This document shows positions 7,726-16,793 of a DNA stretch of 57,486 bases, one piece after another. Numbering within the stretch: the stretch's first letter is position 1; each line of letters starts with the position of its first letter. Both the position numbers and the translations under genes were made by a program. The DNA lies in contig JACQIA010000046.1 of assembly GCA_016198705.1 (NCBI GenBank), positions 1 to 57,486 on the forward strand, given 5' to 3'. This stretch comes from Candidatus Aenigmatarchaeota archaeon. GTDB taxonomy: Archaea; Aenigmatarchaeota; Aenigmatarchaeia; CG10238-14; SCSR01. The notes below the pieces were generated by a model that saw only the letters and a program-made list of their open reading frames with translations, searched no databases and was not told the origin of the DNA.

Positions 7726-8020
7726 TTATGTTAGCGATAAAATCGTTGAAATATTTCTTAATAACTTCAATTACCTTTTCTTTTTGATAAAAATTGAGAG
7801 AAATTTCTTCGCCATAATGTGTTGGTTTAATATTAACCAAGCCTTCCTTTCTTAATTCGCTAATTAATTTCTTCATGCGCTTGCCATTTTTCCTTATGAC
7901 AACCCATTTAACAATGTTAATTAAAGGCGTGTGCGATTTACCCCATTTTCGCTTTCTGGCTAATGTATGCAAAATCATTGCTTTAACTTTCTCATCAGCC
8001 TCGCTTTCGTCATCCACCAT
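7718..8020 (-). CDS. small basic DNA-binding-like protein (possible wHTH)
   Basis: 100-aa ORF. MILHTLARKRKWGKSHTPLINIVKW...LISELRKEGLV is helix-rich and basic. Head-to-head with 8082..8420. Confidence 0.45.
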   Translation of the reverse strand: MVDDESEADEKVKAMILHTLARKRKWGKSHTPLINIVKWVVIRKNGKRMKKLISELRKEGLVNIKPTHYGEEISLNFYQKEKVIEVIKKYFNDFIANIIS

Positions 8021-8050
8021 AAGTTCACTTATAGTTACTTGTAAGTATAG

Positions 8051-8059
8051 TTTTATATA
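8051..8059. promoter_or_regulatory. single AT-rich TATA-like element (TTTTATATA) midway between divergent ATGs at 8020 and 8082
   Basis: About 31 nt from the minus-strand ATG and about 23 nt from the plus-strand ATG. Reads as TATA-like on both strands. Confidence 0.4.
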
Positions 8060-8081
8060 CTTTAGGTCTTATGTAAATTTT

Positions 8082-8420
8082 ATGGTCACCGATAAATCAC
8101 TGTTATTAGATGTGTTAGGAGACACTACAGAATTAAGGGTAATCGATTTTTTATTAGACAATTTATTTACATCTGTCTACAAAAATGAAATTATACAAAA
8201 GACAGGGTTGAGCAGGAACTCTTTCTTCAGGGTTTGGAAGAAATTGGAGCAGTACAAAATAGTCAAGCCAATTAAACAAGTGGGCAAAGCTACTTTATAC
8301 CAATTAAACGAAGAAAACGAGTTTGTTAAATGGTTAGTCAGAACAGATTTGACATTGATTGAGCAATCTGTAATTACTCTGACAGAAAGACCTATTAAAG
8401 CTTCTCCTAGCCATGCATAA
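8082..8420 (+). CDS. wHTH transcriptional regulator (ArsR/TrmB-like)
   Basis: Track ORF 7875..8420 trimmed to the ATG at 8082, because the earlier part is antisense to 7718..8020. ELRVIDFLLDN...KNEIIQKTGLSRNSFFRVWKKLEQYKIVKP...KATLYQLN is a typical wHTH. Confidence 0.6.
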   Translation: MVTDKSLLLDVLGDTTELRVIDFLLDNLFTSVYKNEIIQKTGLSRNSFFRVWKKLEQYKIVKPIKQVGKATLYQLNEENEFVKWLVRTDLTLIEQSVITLTERPIKASPSHA

Positions 8421-8442
8421 AGATTTGTATACTGTTGCCACT
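8415..8442 (+). repeat. copy R3 (core only) of the repeated element
   Basis: GCATAAAGATTTGTATACTGTTGCCACT. Overlaps the stop codon of 8082..8420. Confidence 0.85.
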
Positions 8443-8501
8443 TTGCAGCCTATTGGACTAAATGGCAATGTTTAAATTGATAAGAAACATCTCCTCAATT
8501 A

Positions 8502-10817
8502 ATGGAACTTGCTACCCAATTAAATCGTTATGCAGAAAACTTGTTTGTAGAAAGAGATGGCTTATGGCGCCTTAAAGATGACTTTGTTAAATGGGGTGCT
8601 CGTGGGCTATATGTTCCACAAAGTTTTGTCAATGCCCAGTATCTAAAGGAAGTTGTATATAATGCATTTCATGCGGTTTATTGGGATAGAATAGGTAAAT
8701 CATTTAGCGGACCTACCATATACGCAATAAATTTACCTGACGAGACACCACCACATTTGAATAGATCGGCAGAGATGCAAACACCCAAACAAGAAACACA
8801 GGAAGGAAGACCACAAAGTCCTGGGGGTGGAGGGAAAATATCTAAATTTCTTGCAAAAAGTGCTTTGGGTCTTACAGCATTAGGCGGATTGACTGCATTA
8901 TCTCTGTTTTTGTATCCTAGAGTTTCTTATTTCTTTGCCCCATCTATAGAGGAAGACAAAGCTATTAAGGGGTCTATTAAATCAGAAGGTAGGGTAATAC
9001 CGTGGAAAGTTCCAAAAGAGCAAGGGCGAGAAATATATCAGGAACTTCGTCCTGATTTAGAGTACGAGGATGCATTCATAACTGATATACCGTTTGTCGG
9101 TGGGGGAGAATCTTTAGAAACTTTAGTTGCATTCAGCGAAGGTGACAGTTCATATTTTGCTGTACTTGATGAGAAGGGTAAAAATGCAAGTGGACGCTTT
9201 ACTTTACCAATAGGAGGTAGGGATTATGAATTGTATCCGGTAGGTGCAACATATGGATTTGATGAGGACGGGTATTCAGTAAACGCTTATACATTTTTCG
9301 TAGTATCAAACCATGAGAATGAACTGCTTAAGCATAACCAACGGCAGTTTCAAGGATTTCAAATACATCGAAGGAGAGAAGCCCAGAACATTTTGGAACT
9401 GTTTGGTAAAAAATTATCACTTGTTCCTTATGGTGGATTTGCTTTCGACGATAATCTTAAGAATTTCAGATATTTAGTAGGCGATCCTAGTAGATCATAT
9501 AATAAAGCATGGTTTGAGGATATAAAATTCAAAGAAGTAAATCGCGGGAGGCACTTGATTGTCTCTTACGAAAATGGTGTTCCTGTAATGACTGTTGTTT
9601 ATTTGGCAACTGACTTTAGTTCCTCTACATCTGATGAACCTTTTGTAATAGCTAGATACGAGGCATCTGGAACTTCATTCAAAAACATCACCAGAGACGA
9701 AGATGTAAGGGGAGAATTAGTTAGGTTGTTTTTGGAAGGGGAGTTGTCTAGAGAAGATTTAGATGCAATCAAAGTTACAGTAGCGAAAAACGAACTCATA
9801 CAACGATTCAAAACAACTTACACACGATCTCGACAACTTGATTTACTTCAAAGTTTGTACGGTGACAATTATGAACAAAAAGTAAGTGGATGGGTCTTTG
9901 AAGAGTTACATAAATATACCAGTGACTCGCCAAAAAGAATACAGGGATTAGTAGACATACGCAATCTAAATGAAGCTGTTAGAATTATCGAAAGTGTTAA
10001 TGCGAAAGGAACGGAATTGTATATAGCTTCTGCAAATGCAGCATCACAAGGAAGAGATCCTTCAAAAGAAGTTGCATCGGCTTTGAATGTAGACGACGAG
10101 ATGGGTTCTGAAATTTTTAGAACAGTATTTATGCCATCATTGTTTGCAGTCAATTCTAAAACCCGAAGATTAGAACCATTAGAATTGACTTTGTACCAAG
10201 AAACAAGTGAAGCTGAAGGGATTTTGCCATATCAAAAAGACGTTGTGTTAATTCTTGACTTTGAAGCGCGGCAGGTTGCATTGAAACATGGCATTTACTT
10301 AGGAAGAGATAACAGACTTGGACTGGATATAAATTTCACTACAACTCCGGAAGATATGGAAGCTCGCAGATTGCCGAGAACCAATTTAACATTGGTGGAT
10401 GATAAAAAAGTTGTTGCTAGAACAGGAAGTTTGTACCAACAGGTTCAAGAAGGCTCTATTACACAATATGAGTTTCTTAGAGAAGCTGATAGTATAAGAA
10501 GAGATTTGGGACTAGTTCCGTCATTGGATGAAATGATTGGAAATGTCAGGACTGCTTCAATGGTGGTAGATATCTTATACAGAGGTGGGACTGCAAAAGA
10601 TTTAGTTGATGCTTTATCAGGAGGTTCTGAGGAAAAAAGAGGGGAACTGGCAGAATTTATAGATTATTTGGAATTTGTTGCTCCAATATTGCGTGGTGAA
10701 ATTCCGACATATACAGGGGAAGCAGGAACTTCGGAAAGTGAACTAGAGGAAATTAAGATACCCAGTATTGCTGATGTGCTTGGTGAAGCATGTGCACAAC
10801 TTAGTATTTGCAAATAA
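8502..10817 (+). CDS. 771-aa single-pass membrane protein, function unknown
   Basis: Long ORF with one TM segment (LAKSALGLTALGGLTALSLFLY) after a ~115-aa N-terminal region. No motif recognised. A TATA-like GTTTAAATT lies about 30 nt upstream. Confidence 0.6.
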   Translation: MELATQLNRYAENLFVERDGLWRLKDDFVKWGARGLYVPQSFVNAQYLKEVVYNAFHAVYWDRIGKSFSGPTIYAINLPDETPPHLNRSAEMQTPKQETQEGRPQSPGGGGKISKFLAKSALGLTALGGLTALSLFLYPRVSYFFAPSIEEDKAIKGSIKSEGRVIPWKVPKEQGREIYQELRPDLEYEDAFITDIPFVGGGESLETLVAFSEGDSSYFAVLDEKGKNASGRFTLPIGGRDYELYPVGATYGFDEDGYSVNAYTFFVVSNHENELLKHNQRQFQGFQIHRRREAQNILELFGKKLSLVPYGGFAFDDNLKNFRYLVGDPSRSYNKAWFEDIKFKEVNRGRHLIVSYENGVPVMTVVYLATDFSSSTSDEPFVIARYEASGTSFKNITRDEDVRGELVRLFLEGELSREDLDAIKVTVAKNELIQRFKTTYTRSRQLDLLQSLYGDNYEQKVSGWVFEELHKYTSDSPKRIQGLVDIRNLNEAVRIIESVNAKGTELYIASANAASQGRDPSKEVASALNVDDEMGSEIFRTVFMPSLFAVNSKTRRLEPLELTLYQETSEAEGILPYQKDVVLILDFEARQVALKHGIYLGRDNRLGLDINFTTTPEDMEARRLPRTNLTLVDDKKVVARTGSLYQQVQEGSITQYEFLREADSIRRDLGLVPSLDEMIGNVRTASMVVDILYRGGTAKDLVDALSGGSEEKRGELAEFIDYLEFVAPILRGEIPTYTGEAGTSESELEEIKIPSIADVLGEACAQLSICK

Positions 10818-10922
10818 TTGCACAATTTCATTCAAGAAGTTCAAGAGGAGTCTTGGAAAGAAATTCTGTTAGGGTGTAAGTAAAATTTTACAATATAAAA
10901 CAGTAACTCTTAATAAATTACT

Positions 10923-11723
10923 ATGAAACTATTAACATTTTTACTTGCTTTTCTAATTCTAATAAATACAGCTTCCGCAAGCTTCATCACTTTATCAACA
11001 ACTATTTCGGAAATAAGAATAGAAAATTCCGCTCAAGCTAACATAAAATTAGTAAATTCTGGTGATGAGCCTGCCCTCAATCTTCATATATCGTTAATTC
11101 TACCTGAAGGTTTTGAATCGGATGAAATAAATTTAGATAAATTAAATCCAAACGCTACTTTCGAGGGAATCATCAACATAACAAGGACAAAGGAGCTACT
11201 TGCAGGAAGATATCCTGCAACAGTTTTAACAGAATATACTGACATAAATGGTTATTTGTTTTCTTCGATTTCGCCAGCTTCCATAGTCTATAAGGCATCT
11301 ACCAATTCTAAAGTCACTGGCAGCATTTCTGAGCTTCGTTTAGGAGCAAGCGGAAGTGAAAACCTTATTCTAGATATAAAAAATCTCGACGAGATTCGGC
11401 ATGAAATAAAAGTAAAGCTCTTCCTCCCAAGAGAATTGAAAACGAACGATTATGAAAAGACTGTGGCGGTAAATGCTAAAGAAAAATACCAAATGGAGTT
11501 TAGCGTATCGAATCTGGCTGCATTGAAAGGAAGCGCTTATGTGATTTTAACATCACTAGAGTACGACTACAATAACATGCATTACTCCTCTCAAGCCACT
11601 GCAGTAGCGAAAGTTGGTGATGCTACAATACCCCAAAATTTTCCTTGGATACACATTTCAATTTTCTTGTTAATTGTAATTTTCATATACTTCCAAATAA
11701 AGAGTAAAGCTGGAAGAAAGTGA
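10923..11723 (+). CDS. secreted surface protein with CARDB/NEW3-like beta-sandwich repeats and a C-terminal anchor
   Basis: Signal peptide (MKLLTFLLAFLILINTASA) and two similar segments (VNSGDEPALNLHISLILPEGF / LDIKNLDEIRHEIKVKLFLPREL). C-terminal TM segment followed by a basic tail. Confidence 0.55.
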   Translation: MKLLTFLLAFLILINTASASFITLSTTISEIRIENSAQANIKLVNSGDEPALNLHISLILPEGFESDEINLDKLNPNATFEGIINITRTKELLAGRYPATVLTEYTDINGYLFSSISPASIVYKASTNSKVTGSISELRLGASGSENLILDIKNLDEIRHEIKVKLFLPRELKTNDYEKTVAVNAKEKYQMEFSVSNLAALKGSAYVILTSLEYDYNNMHYSSQATAVAKVGDATIPQNFPWIHISIFLLIVIFIYFQIKSKAGRK

Positions 11724-11731
11724 ATTCAATT

Positions 11732-13408
11732 TTATGTAATTTTATTTTTTACATAGTACAACGAAAAAACAAGTGAACTTCCATTTACTGCGTATCTGTC
11801 TATAAGCGTGAGATTGTATGTAGAATGAAAATTCTGACAACCCACGGTGTTATAAGGCGCTGGTAACTGGCACCAATAGCCTTCATCATAAATTATGCAA
11901 TCTGTTTTTTCCGATAGATTTTTCATTTTTTGAGGCGCGTTTAAATTCCAAAGTTGCGCGGAATTCTTACCGTTTACGATGTACATGCTAGGCACATGGC
12001 TGAATATATAACAGTTTGGGTCCAGCTTCTCTGCAGTACGCAAAGCAAAATCATGATACTCCCTTGCCGCGAAGGATTCCTTCCATATTGTCGCGACATA
12101 AGGGATGAAAAAGGAAAATGCAATAAGAATTGATAAAATTATGACTATATAGCTATTTGGCAAAACCTTCCCAATTTTTCCCTCCAGAAAGAAAAATCCT
12201 AGCCCTGCAAAAACAGCCAAAGGCGGGGCTACAGCTAAAGAATATTTGGCATCAACACCGGCATTATAATGCCCGGCATAGAAAAACAAGTAGACAGTGA
12301 AGAATACTGTGAATAATGAACCCAAAAATACAAATGCCTTCCTGTTATTAATCAAAGAATATATCGCTCCAATAATGGCAACAAGCGTGAAAAATGCAGG
12401 ATAGCGAGTATTTTCAAGAAAGAATGCGGTATTTATTGAAAGATTGAAACCAAGATATTTAGCACTCAATTTTTCCCCAGAACTTCCCCAACTATCTTTA
12501 TTGGCATAATCAAGATGCAATAAATGCGGAGTTAATAGTATAAGCATTAATGGAAAGATAAGTAAGAATTTTTTCCCATGAAGTTCAAGGTTACGCACAG
12601 GTTTGCCATAGAGTAAAAACAAAATCAATAGCGGAATTACGAGTAGAAGTGACTCGTATCTAGTTTGGAGGGTAAAAATAAGCAGAAATGAAAATAGCAA
12701 CAAAATAGAGATTTTTTTAATTTCGAGATATAAAATAAAAGATATTGCTGCCAAAACAACAAAAAGCACCATCGAAGGTTCGGTGGCTGCTGTAGCACTC
12801 CATATTATATGCAGTGGTGTTAAAGTGAAAACAAGCGATGAGTAAAGTGCAATTTTTTCATTCTTAAATATAATGTAGGCAAGCATGAAGATGAAAAATG
12901 TTGTCACGCTTCCAATGAACACATTCAGCCAAAAAGCAGCGGCTTCGCTAACTCCGAATACAGCATAAGTTATTGCAAGTAAAAATGAATAAGAGTTAGG
13001 TTGCTTGTTTAGAATATATTCCTCACAACCCGAAGGCGTACCATAGTTACATAAAATCGCTCTTCCACTATTCAGAATATTCTGTGCTATATTTTCGAAA
13101 ATATCCTCATCAAAGTATATTCTATGGGTTTGCGGAGTTAAAGCTCTCAATGAAAATCCTAAAAGGAAAATAAGCAACAGTGCAATCCAAGTTTTTTTGG
13201 CAACCTTGCTAAATTTTCTAGCAAATGTATACCTATTCATGACCGAAAGGACTAAAATTGCCGAAAAGGAAATCAGCAAAGACAGAGGGAGCGAATATAT
13301 CAGAAAGTCAACAATTGCAGTTTGATATGTTTTTGATAAATAATTTATACCAAAATATTCAGCCAATAAAAAAATCATAAGTGCTAAGAACGTGTTTTGT
13401 GGCTTCAC
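11732..13408 (-). CDS. GT-C fold membrane glycosyltransferase (ArnT/PMT, GT39/GT83-like)
   Basis: More than 10 predicted TM segments, with a YFDEDIF acidic motif in the first loop. 4-nt overlap with the upstream carbamoyltransferase gene. Confidence 0.65.
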   Translation of the reverse strand: MKPQNTFLALMIFLLAEYFGINYLSKTYQTAIVDFLIYSLPLSLLISFSAILVLSVMNRYTFARKFSKVAKKTWIALLLIFLLGFSLRALTPQTHRIYFDEDIFENIAQNILNSGRAILCNYGTPSGCEEYILNKQPNSYSFLLAITYAVFGVSEAAAFWLNVFIGSVTTFFIFMLAYIIFKNEKIALYSSLVFTLTPLHIIWSATAATEPSMVLFVVLAAISFILYLEIKKISILLLFSFLLIFTLQTRYESLLLVIPLLILFLLYGKPVRNLELHGKKFLLIFPLMLILLTPHLLHLDYANKDSWGSSGEKLSAKYLGFNLSINTAFFLENTRYPAFFTLVAIIGAIYSLINNRKAFVFLGSLFTVFFTVYLFFYAGHYNAGVDAKYSLAVAPPLAVFAGLGFFFLEGKIGKVLPNSYIVIILSILIAFSFFIPYVATIWKESFAAREYHDFALRTAEKLDPNCYIFSHVPSMYIVNGKNSAQLWNLNAPQKMKNLSEKTDCIIYDEGYWCQLPAPYNTVGCQNFHSTYNLTLIDRYAVNGSSLVFSLYYVKNKIT

Positions 13409-15099
13409 TTTTTCAGCTCCACGAAATAATTCCCAAGGCAGAGGAATCTACTTTTAGTTGCTTTCATAACTTCTATAGCCTCCTTAGGGGTGTTTACAAT
13501 AGGATAGCCATGAATGTTGAAACTAGTATTCAAAACCGCTCCATAACCAAATCCTTTTTTAACAGTTTTAAGAAGTTTTCTGAACATCCCATTTTCATCA
13601 CCAAGCATCTGGGGGCGTGAAGATAGATCTACACTTATCACTGCCTTTAATTTTTCTATCATTCCTCTCCTTGTCATATAGCCCATTGTCATAAACTTGT
13701 CGTATTTATCCACATTACCAAAAAGATTTTTGGCATCTTCTTCCAAAACAGTCGGGCAGAAAGGCTGATACCATTCTCTCCTTTTAATTATTAGATTAAG
13801 CTTTTCCTTTACTTCTTCTGAAGAAGACGGGGCAATGATACTTCTGTTTCCAAGTGCACGGGGTCCAAATTCCATTCTCCCTTGGAACCATAATACAAAA
13901 TTGTTATTTAAAACGAGCTCTGCAGCCACTTCAGCTATGTCTTTCCTATATTCATAATCCAACTTCGCATTCTTCAATTGATTTTTTATTTCATCATCAG
14001 AATAGTTTTGGCCTAAATAAACATTATCAAGTGCATAAGGTTTTGTTCCAGCAATTTGCGAACTTATATACAGAGCTGCACCTACTGCCAACCCGCCATC
14101 GCTCATATTCGGGAAAACAAACCAATCTCTAATTTTCAATGATTGCCTTATTTTCATATTTGTTTTTATGTTGGAAGCTACACCGCCTGCCCAACACACA
14201 TTTCTCAGGCCTGTTTCTTCAATAGCATTGTCAAATAGCATGACACAATTCTTTTCAAGAACACGTTGCGCCATGTAAGCCAATTGTTCTCTAGGGTATT
14301 TCCAAGCTAGTTTCTCTATCAATGAATATCTCTTCAGTGTATCATGTTTAGCTATTATTTTCAATCCCTTTACTTCAAAGAAATTGATCATTGGATTTTT
14401 TGTATCTTCAATTGGATAAGAATAATCAGCCATGCACATTACTTTGCCTTCGTCCTCAAGCTCACGCATACCTAAGTGTGTAGTTATCTGCTCGTAAAAT
14501 GTGCCTAAAGAATCTTTAGCTGGTATAGAAGACAGTCTTTCTATTGTATTGCCGTCAAATACACTGATACTTCCGGAAAGTCCATCGCCTACTCCATCAA
14601 GAGTTATGCACAAACACTTTTTCATTCCACTTGTGTATATTGCCGATGCAGCATGAGCGAGATGATGGTCGACTATATACAGTTTCTGCTTTTCGAAGCC
14701 CAATATTTTCAGTCTTTTTCTAAGCAAATAGGAACTTATCCTATTACTTAACCCCCTTAAATTTCCTCTTTCTGTTACTGCATATTTCAATTTTTTCTTC
14801 AGGGAAAAAAACCTAGGCTTTTCTACATTTCTCCTAGTTATAAGATAATAATTTTCTTTGATTGAAGGGAATATTCTAGTTAAAGTTTTTGAGAAATCAC
14901 TTGTTGTAGTTGCTATCACATCTATATTCGAAGGTTTTAAATTCATGTAACTTAGACATGCCTTTATAGAATTACTGGGGAAGTGGATTTCCAATTTCCT
15001 CCGAGTTAATCTTTCCTCATTTATTGCAACTTTTACAATGCCATCTTCAACTATGCATGCTCCAGAATCATGCCCATCCCAGAAGCCTAAAATTAGCAT
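13405..15099 (-). CDS. carbamoyltransferase (NodU/CmcH family)
   Basis: The N-terminus MLILGFWDGHDSGACIVEDGIVKVAINEERLTRRK is family-typical, as is the full-length 564-aa architecture. Confidence 0.85.
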   Translation of the reverse strand: MLILGFWDGHDSGACIVEDGIVKVAINEERLTRRKLEIHFPSNSIKACLSYMNLKPSNIDVIATTTSDFSKTLTRIFPSIKENYYLITRRNVEKPRFFSLKKKLKYAVTERGNLRGLSNRISSYLLRKRLKILGFEKQKLYIVDHHLAHAASAIYTSGMKKCLCITLDGVGDGLSGSISVFDGNTIERLSSIPAKDSLGTFYEQITTHLGMRELEDEGKVMCMADYSYPIEDTKNPMINFFEVKGLKIIAKHDTLKRYSLIEKLAWKYPREQLAYMAQRVLEKNCVMLFDNAIEETGLRNVCWAGGVASNIKTNMKIRQSLKIRDWFVFPNMSDGGLAVGAALYISSQIAGTKPYALDNVYLGQNYSDDEIKNQLKNAKLDYEYRKDIAEVAAELVLNNNFVLWFQGRMEFGPRALGNRSIIAPSSSEEVKEKLNLIIKRREWYQPFCPTVLEEDAKNLFGNVDKYDKFMTMGYMTRRGMIEKLKAVISVDLSSRPQMLGDENGMFRKLLKTVKKGFGYGAVLNTSFNIHGYPIVNTPKEAIEVMKATKSRFLCLGNYFVELKK

Positions 15100-15178
15100 A
15101 AATTAAATTGGTTTACAATATTTAATATTTAGGAACACTAGCAAGCATCGAAAATAACAGATTCTTATTGCATTATAG

Positions 15179-16774
15179 CTATTGTGGGGCATAATAAATT
15201 ATCATATCAAGTGAATTTTTTTCGAACATTCGGAAAGGATTCTCAAAAACTTTGATTATTTTCCAACTTTGGGGCAAACGACTTATAATTTCCTTATGGA
15301 TATTTTCTATCATTGAATAATGAATATACACACCTCTACTACCGCCGTCTAAAATATAGGCATCTTTTATTTTGTCTATATCGTAATTATAAAGCAATTT
15401 TAATACGTAATCTTGGTTAAAACCGAAATGATATTTAAACATTCCATAGGAAACAGGATCAACCCATATATCTTTCTTTGGCTGTTCCTTTAAAAATGCT
15501 GCAGCATCTCTTACATTAGAAATTGCGCTAGAAGTAAATTCTGAGAATAGAGCGACATTTTGGATTGAAGTTATAAGCAATATTATTATAATAATCAAGG
15601 AAATTGATCTATTGATATTAATCAAGAAATACGATAAAAGTAATAATGCAGGAAAAGTCAATATACTGGTATATTTATTATTTTTAAAAATAAGCAAATA
15701 GTTTATACCTTCATTGCTTAGTTCAACCAATACAGGCCCAAATTCCAAATATAAAAACAGTGAGACTAGCCATAAAATTATGAAAAAGGTTCTTTTATCT
15801 TTATTGAACAAAGAAAAAATAATAGCTGCCACAACAAAGTAATAGAAATATCCAAATAAATTTCCAGCATCTTCTCTAAAACCATATCCAAATAAGCTAG
15901 TGGCGTAAAATATTGGTGTACCATCTGTATAGGAAAATTTTATATTCGGAGTGATGTTCAAAACAATCGGTGTTTCGAATATATGATATTTGTCACGAAA
16001 AGCATCTATTTGTAAGTGCATATTTAGAAAGAAATCACCAGATTGGGAATAATAGAAAATACCTTCTGGGATTAAAATAAGAGACAACCCCAAAACAATA
16101 AAAATATAACTTTTTAAAAATTTTCTCTCTACCAAGACATATAAAAATAAAATTATGCTAATGAATACAAGTATTGCAGGTTTTATTAGATAACCCAAAC
16201 CTATAGAAATACCTGATAATAAAAGTAATTTTGTTTTTTTGCTTTTAAATGCATCTTTAGTTTTATATTTTTCCGCCTTTAAAAATAAAAATAGAGCTAA
16301 TCCCAAGAAAAATGCAAGTGGCAGATCTGGTAGAATAACTGTAGTTGCTAGAATAACATCTAATGGGTAAAACGCAAGTAAAAACGCTGCTAATAGACCT
16401 ATTTTTTTATCAAAAACCATTTTCCCGAAATGGAAAATCAAAATTATTCCAAATGTAGAAAGAATGATTTGATAAAAGGCTGTAGCCAATTCATTTCTAC
16501 CTAAAAGTGTAAAGAAAAATGCAGTTGTATAAAGAAGCATTGGTCTTAATCTTAAAACTGCACTATAACTTACATTAGAGTCTTGTGACAAATTTCTATA
16601 GTCATCAAAACGTAGTTTATTTTCTATTATCTCGCTTAAATAATTTATATATACCCCGTCGTCTCCATGCCAATTGACAAAACCTATGAAAAAAATTAGT
16701 CTTAAAATAAGTGCAAAAGCAATAATTAATGCCAAATATTGATAGGTTTTATGAGATGCTTTTTTTATTGACAT
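15179..16774 (-). CDS. GT-C fold membrane glycosyltransferase (PMT_2/ArnT-like)
   Basis: Polytopic membrane protein with a WHGDDGVY acidic loop near the N-terminus. Confidence 0.6.
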   Translation of the reverse strand: MSIKKASHKTYQYLALIIAFALILRLIFFIGFVNWHGDDGVYINYLSEIIENKLRFDDYRNLSQDSNVSYSAVLRLRPMLLYTTAFFFTLLGRNELATAFYQIILSTFGIILIFHFGKMVFDKKIGLLAAFLLAFYPLDVILATTVILPDLPLAFFLGLALFLFLKAEKYKTKDAFKSKKTKLLLLSGISIGLGYLIKPAILVFISIILFLYVLVERKFLKSYIFIVLGLSLILIPEGIFYYSQSGDFFLNMHLQIDAFRDKYHIFETPIVLNITPNIKFSYTDGTPIFYATSLFGYGFREDAGNLFGYFYYFVVAAIIFSLFNKDKRTFFIILWLVSLFLYLEFGPVLVELSNEGINYLLIFKNNKYTSILTFPALLLLSYFLININRSISLIIIIILLITSIQNVALFSEFTSSAISNVRDAAAFLKEQPKKDIWVDPVSYGMFKYHFGFNQDYVLKLLYNYDIDKIKDAYILDGGSRGVYIHYSMIENIHKEIISRLPQSWKIIKVFENPFRMFEKNSLDMIIYYAPQ

Positions 16775-16793
16775 AAGTTTTCATCTTCCTATG

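Noticed and set aside
7875-8081. First 69 codons of track ORF 7875..8420
   Set aside because: They overlap 7718..8020 on the opposite strand. The wHTH domain begins at the ATG at 8082, which has a TATA-like box about 25 nt upstream.
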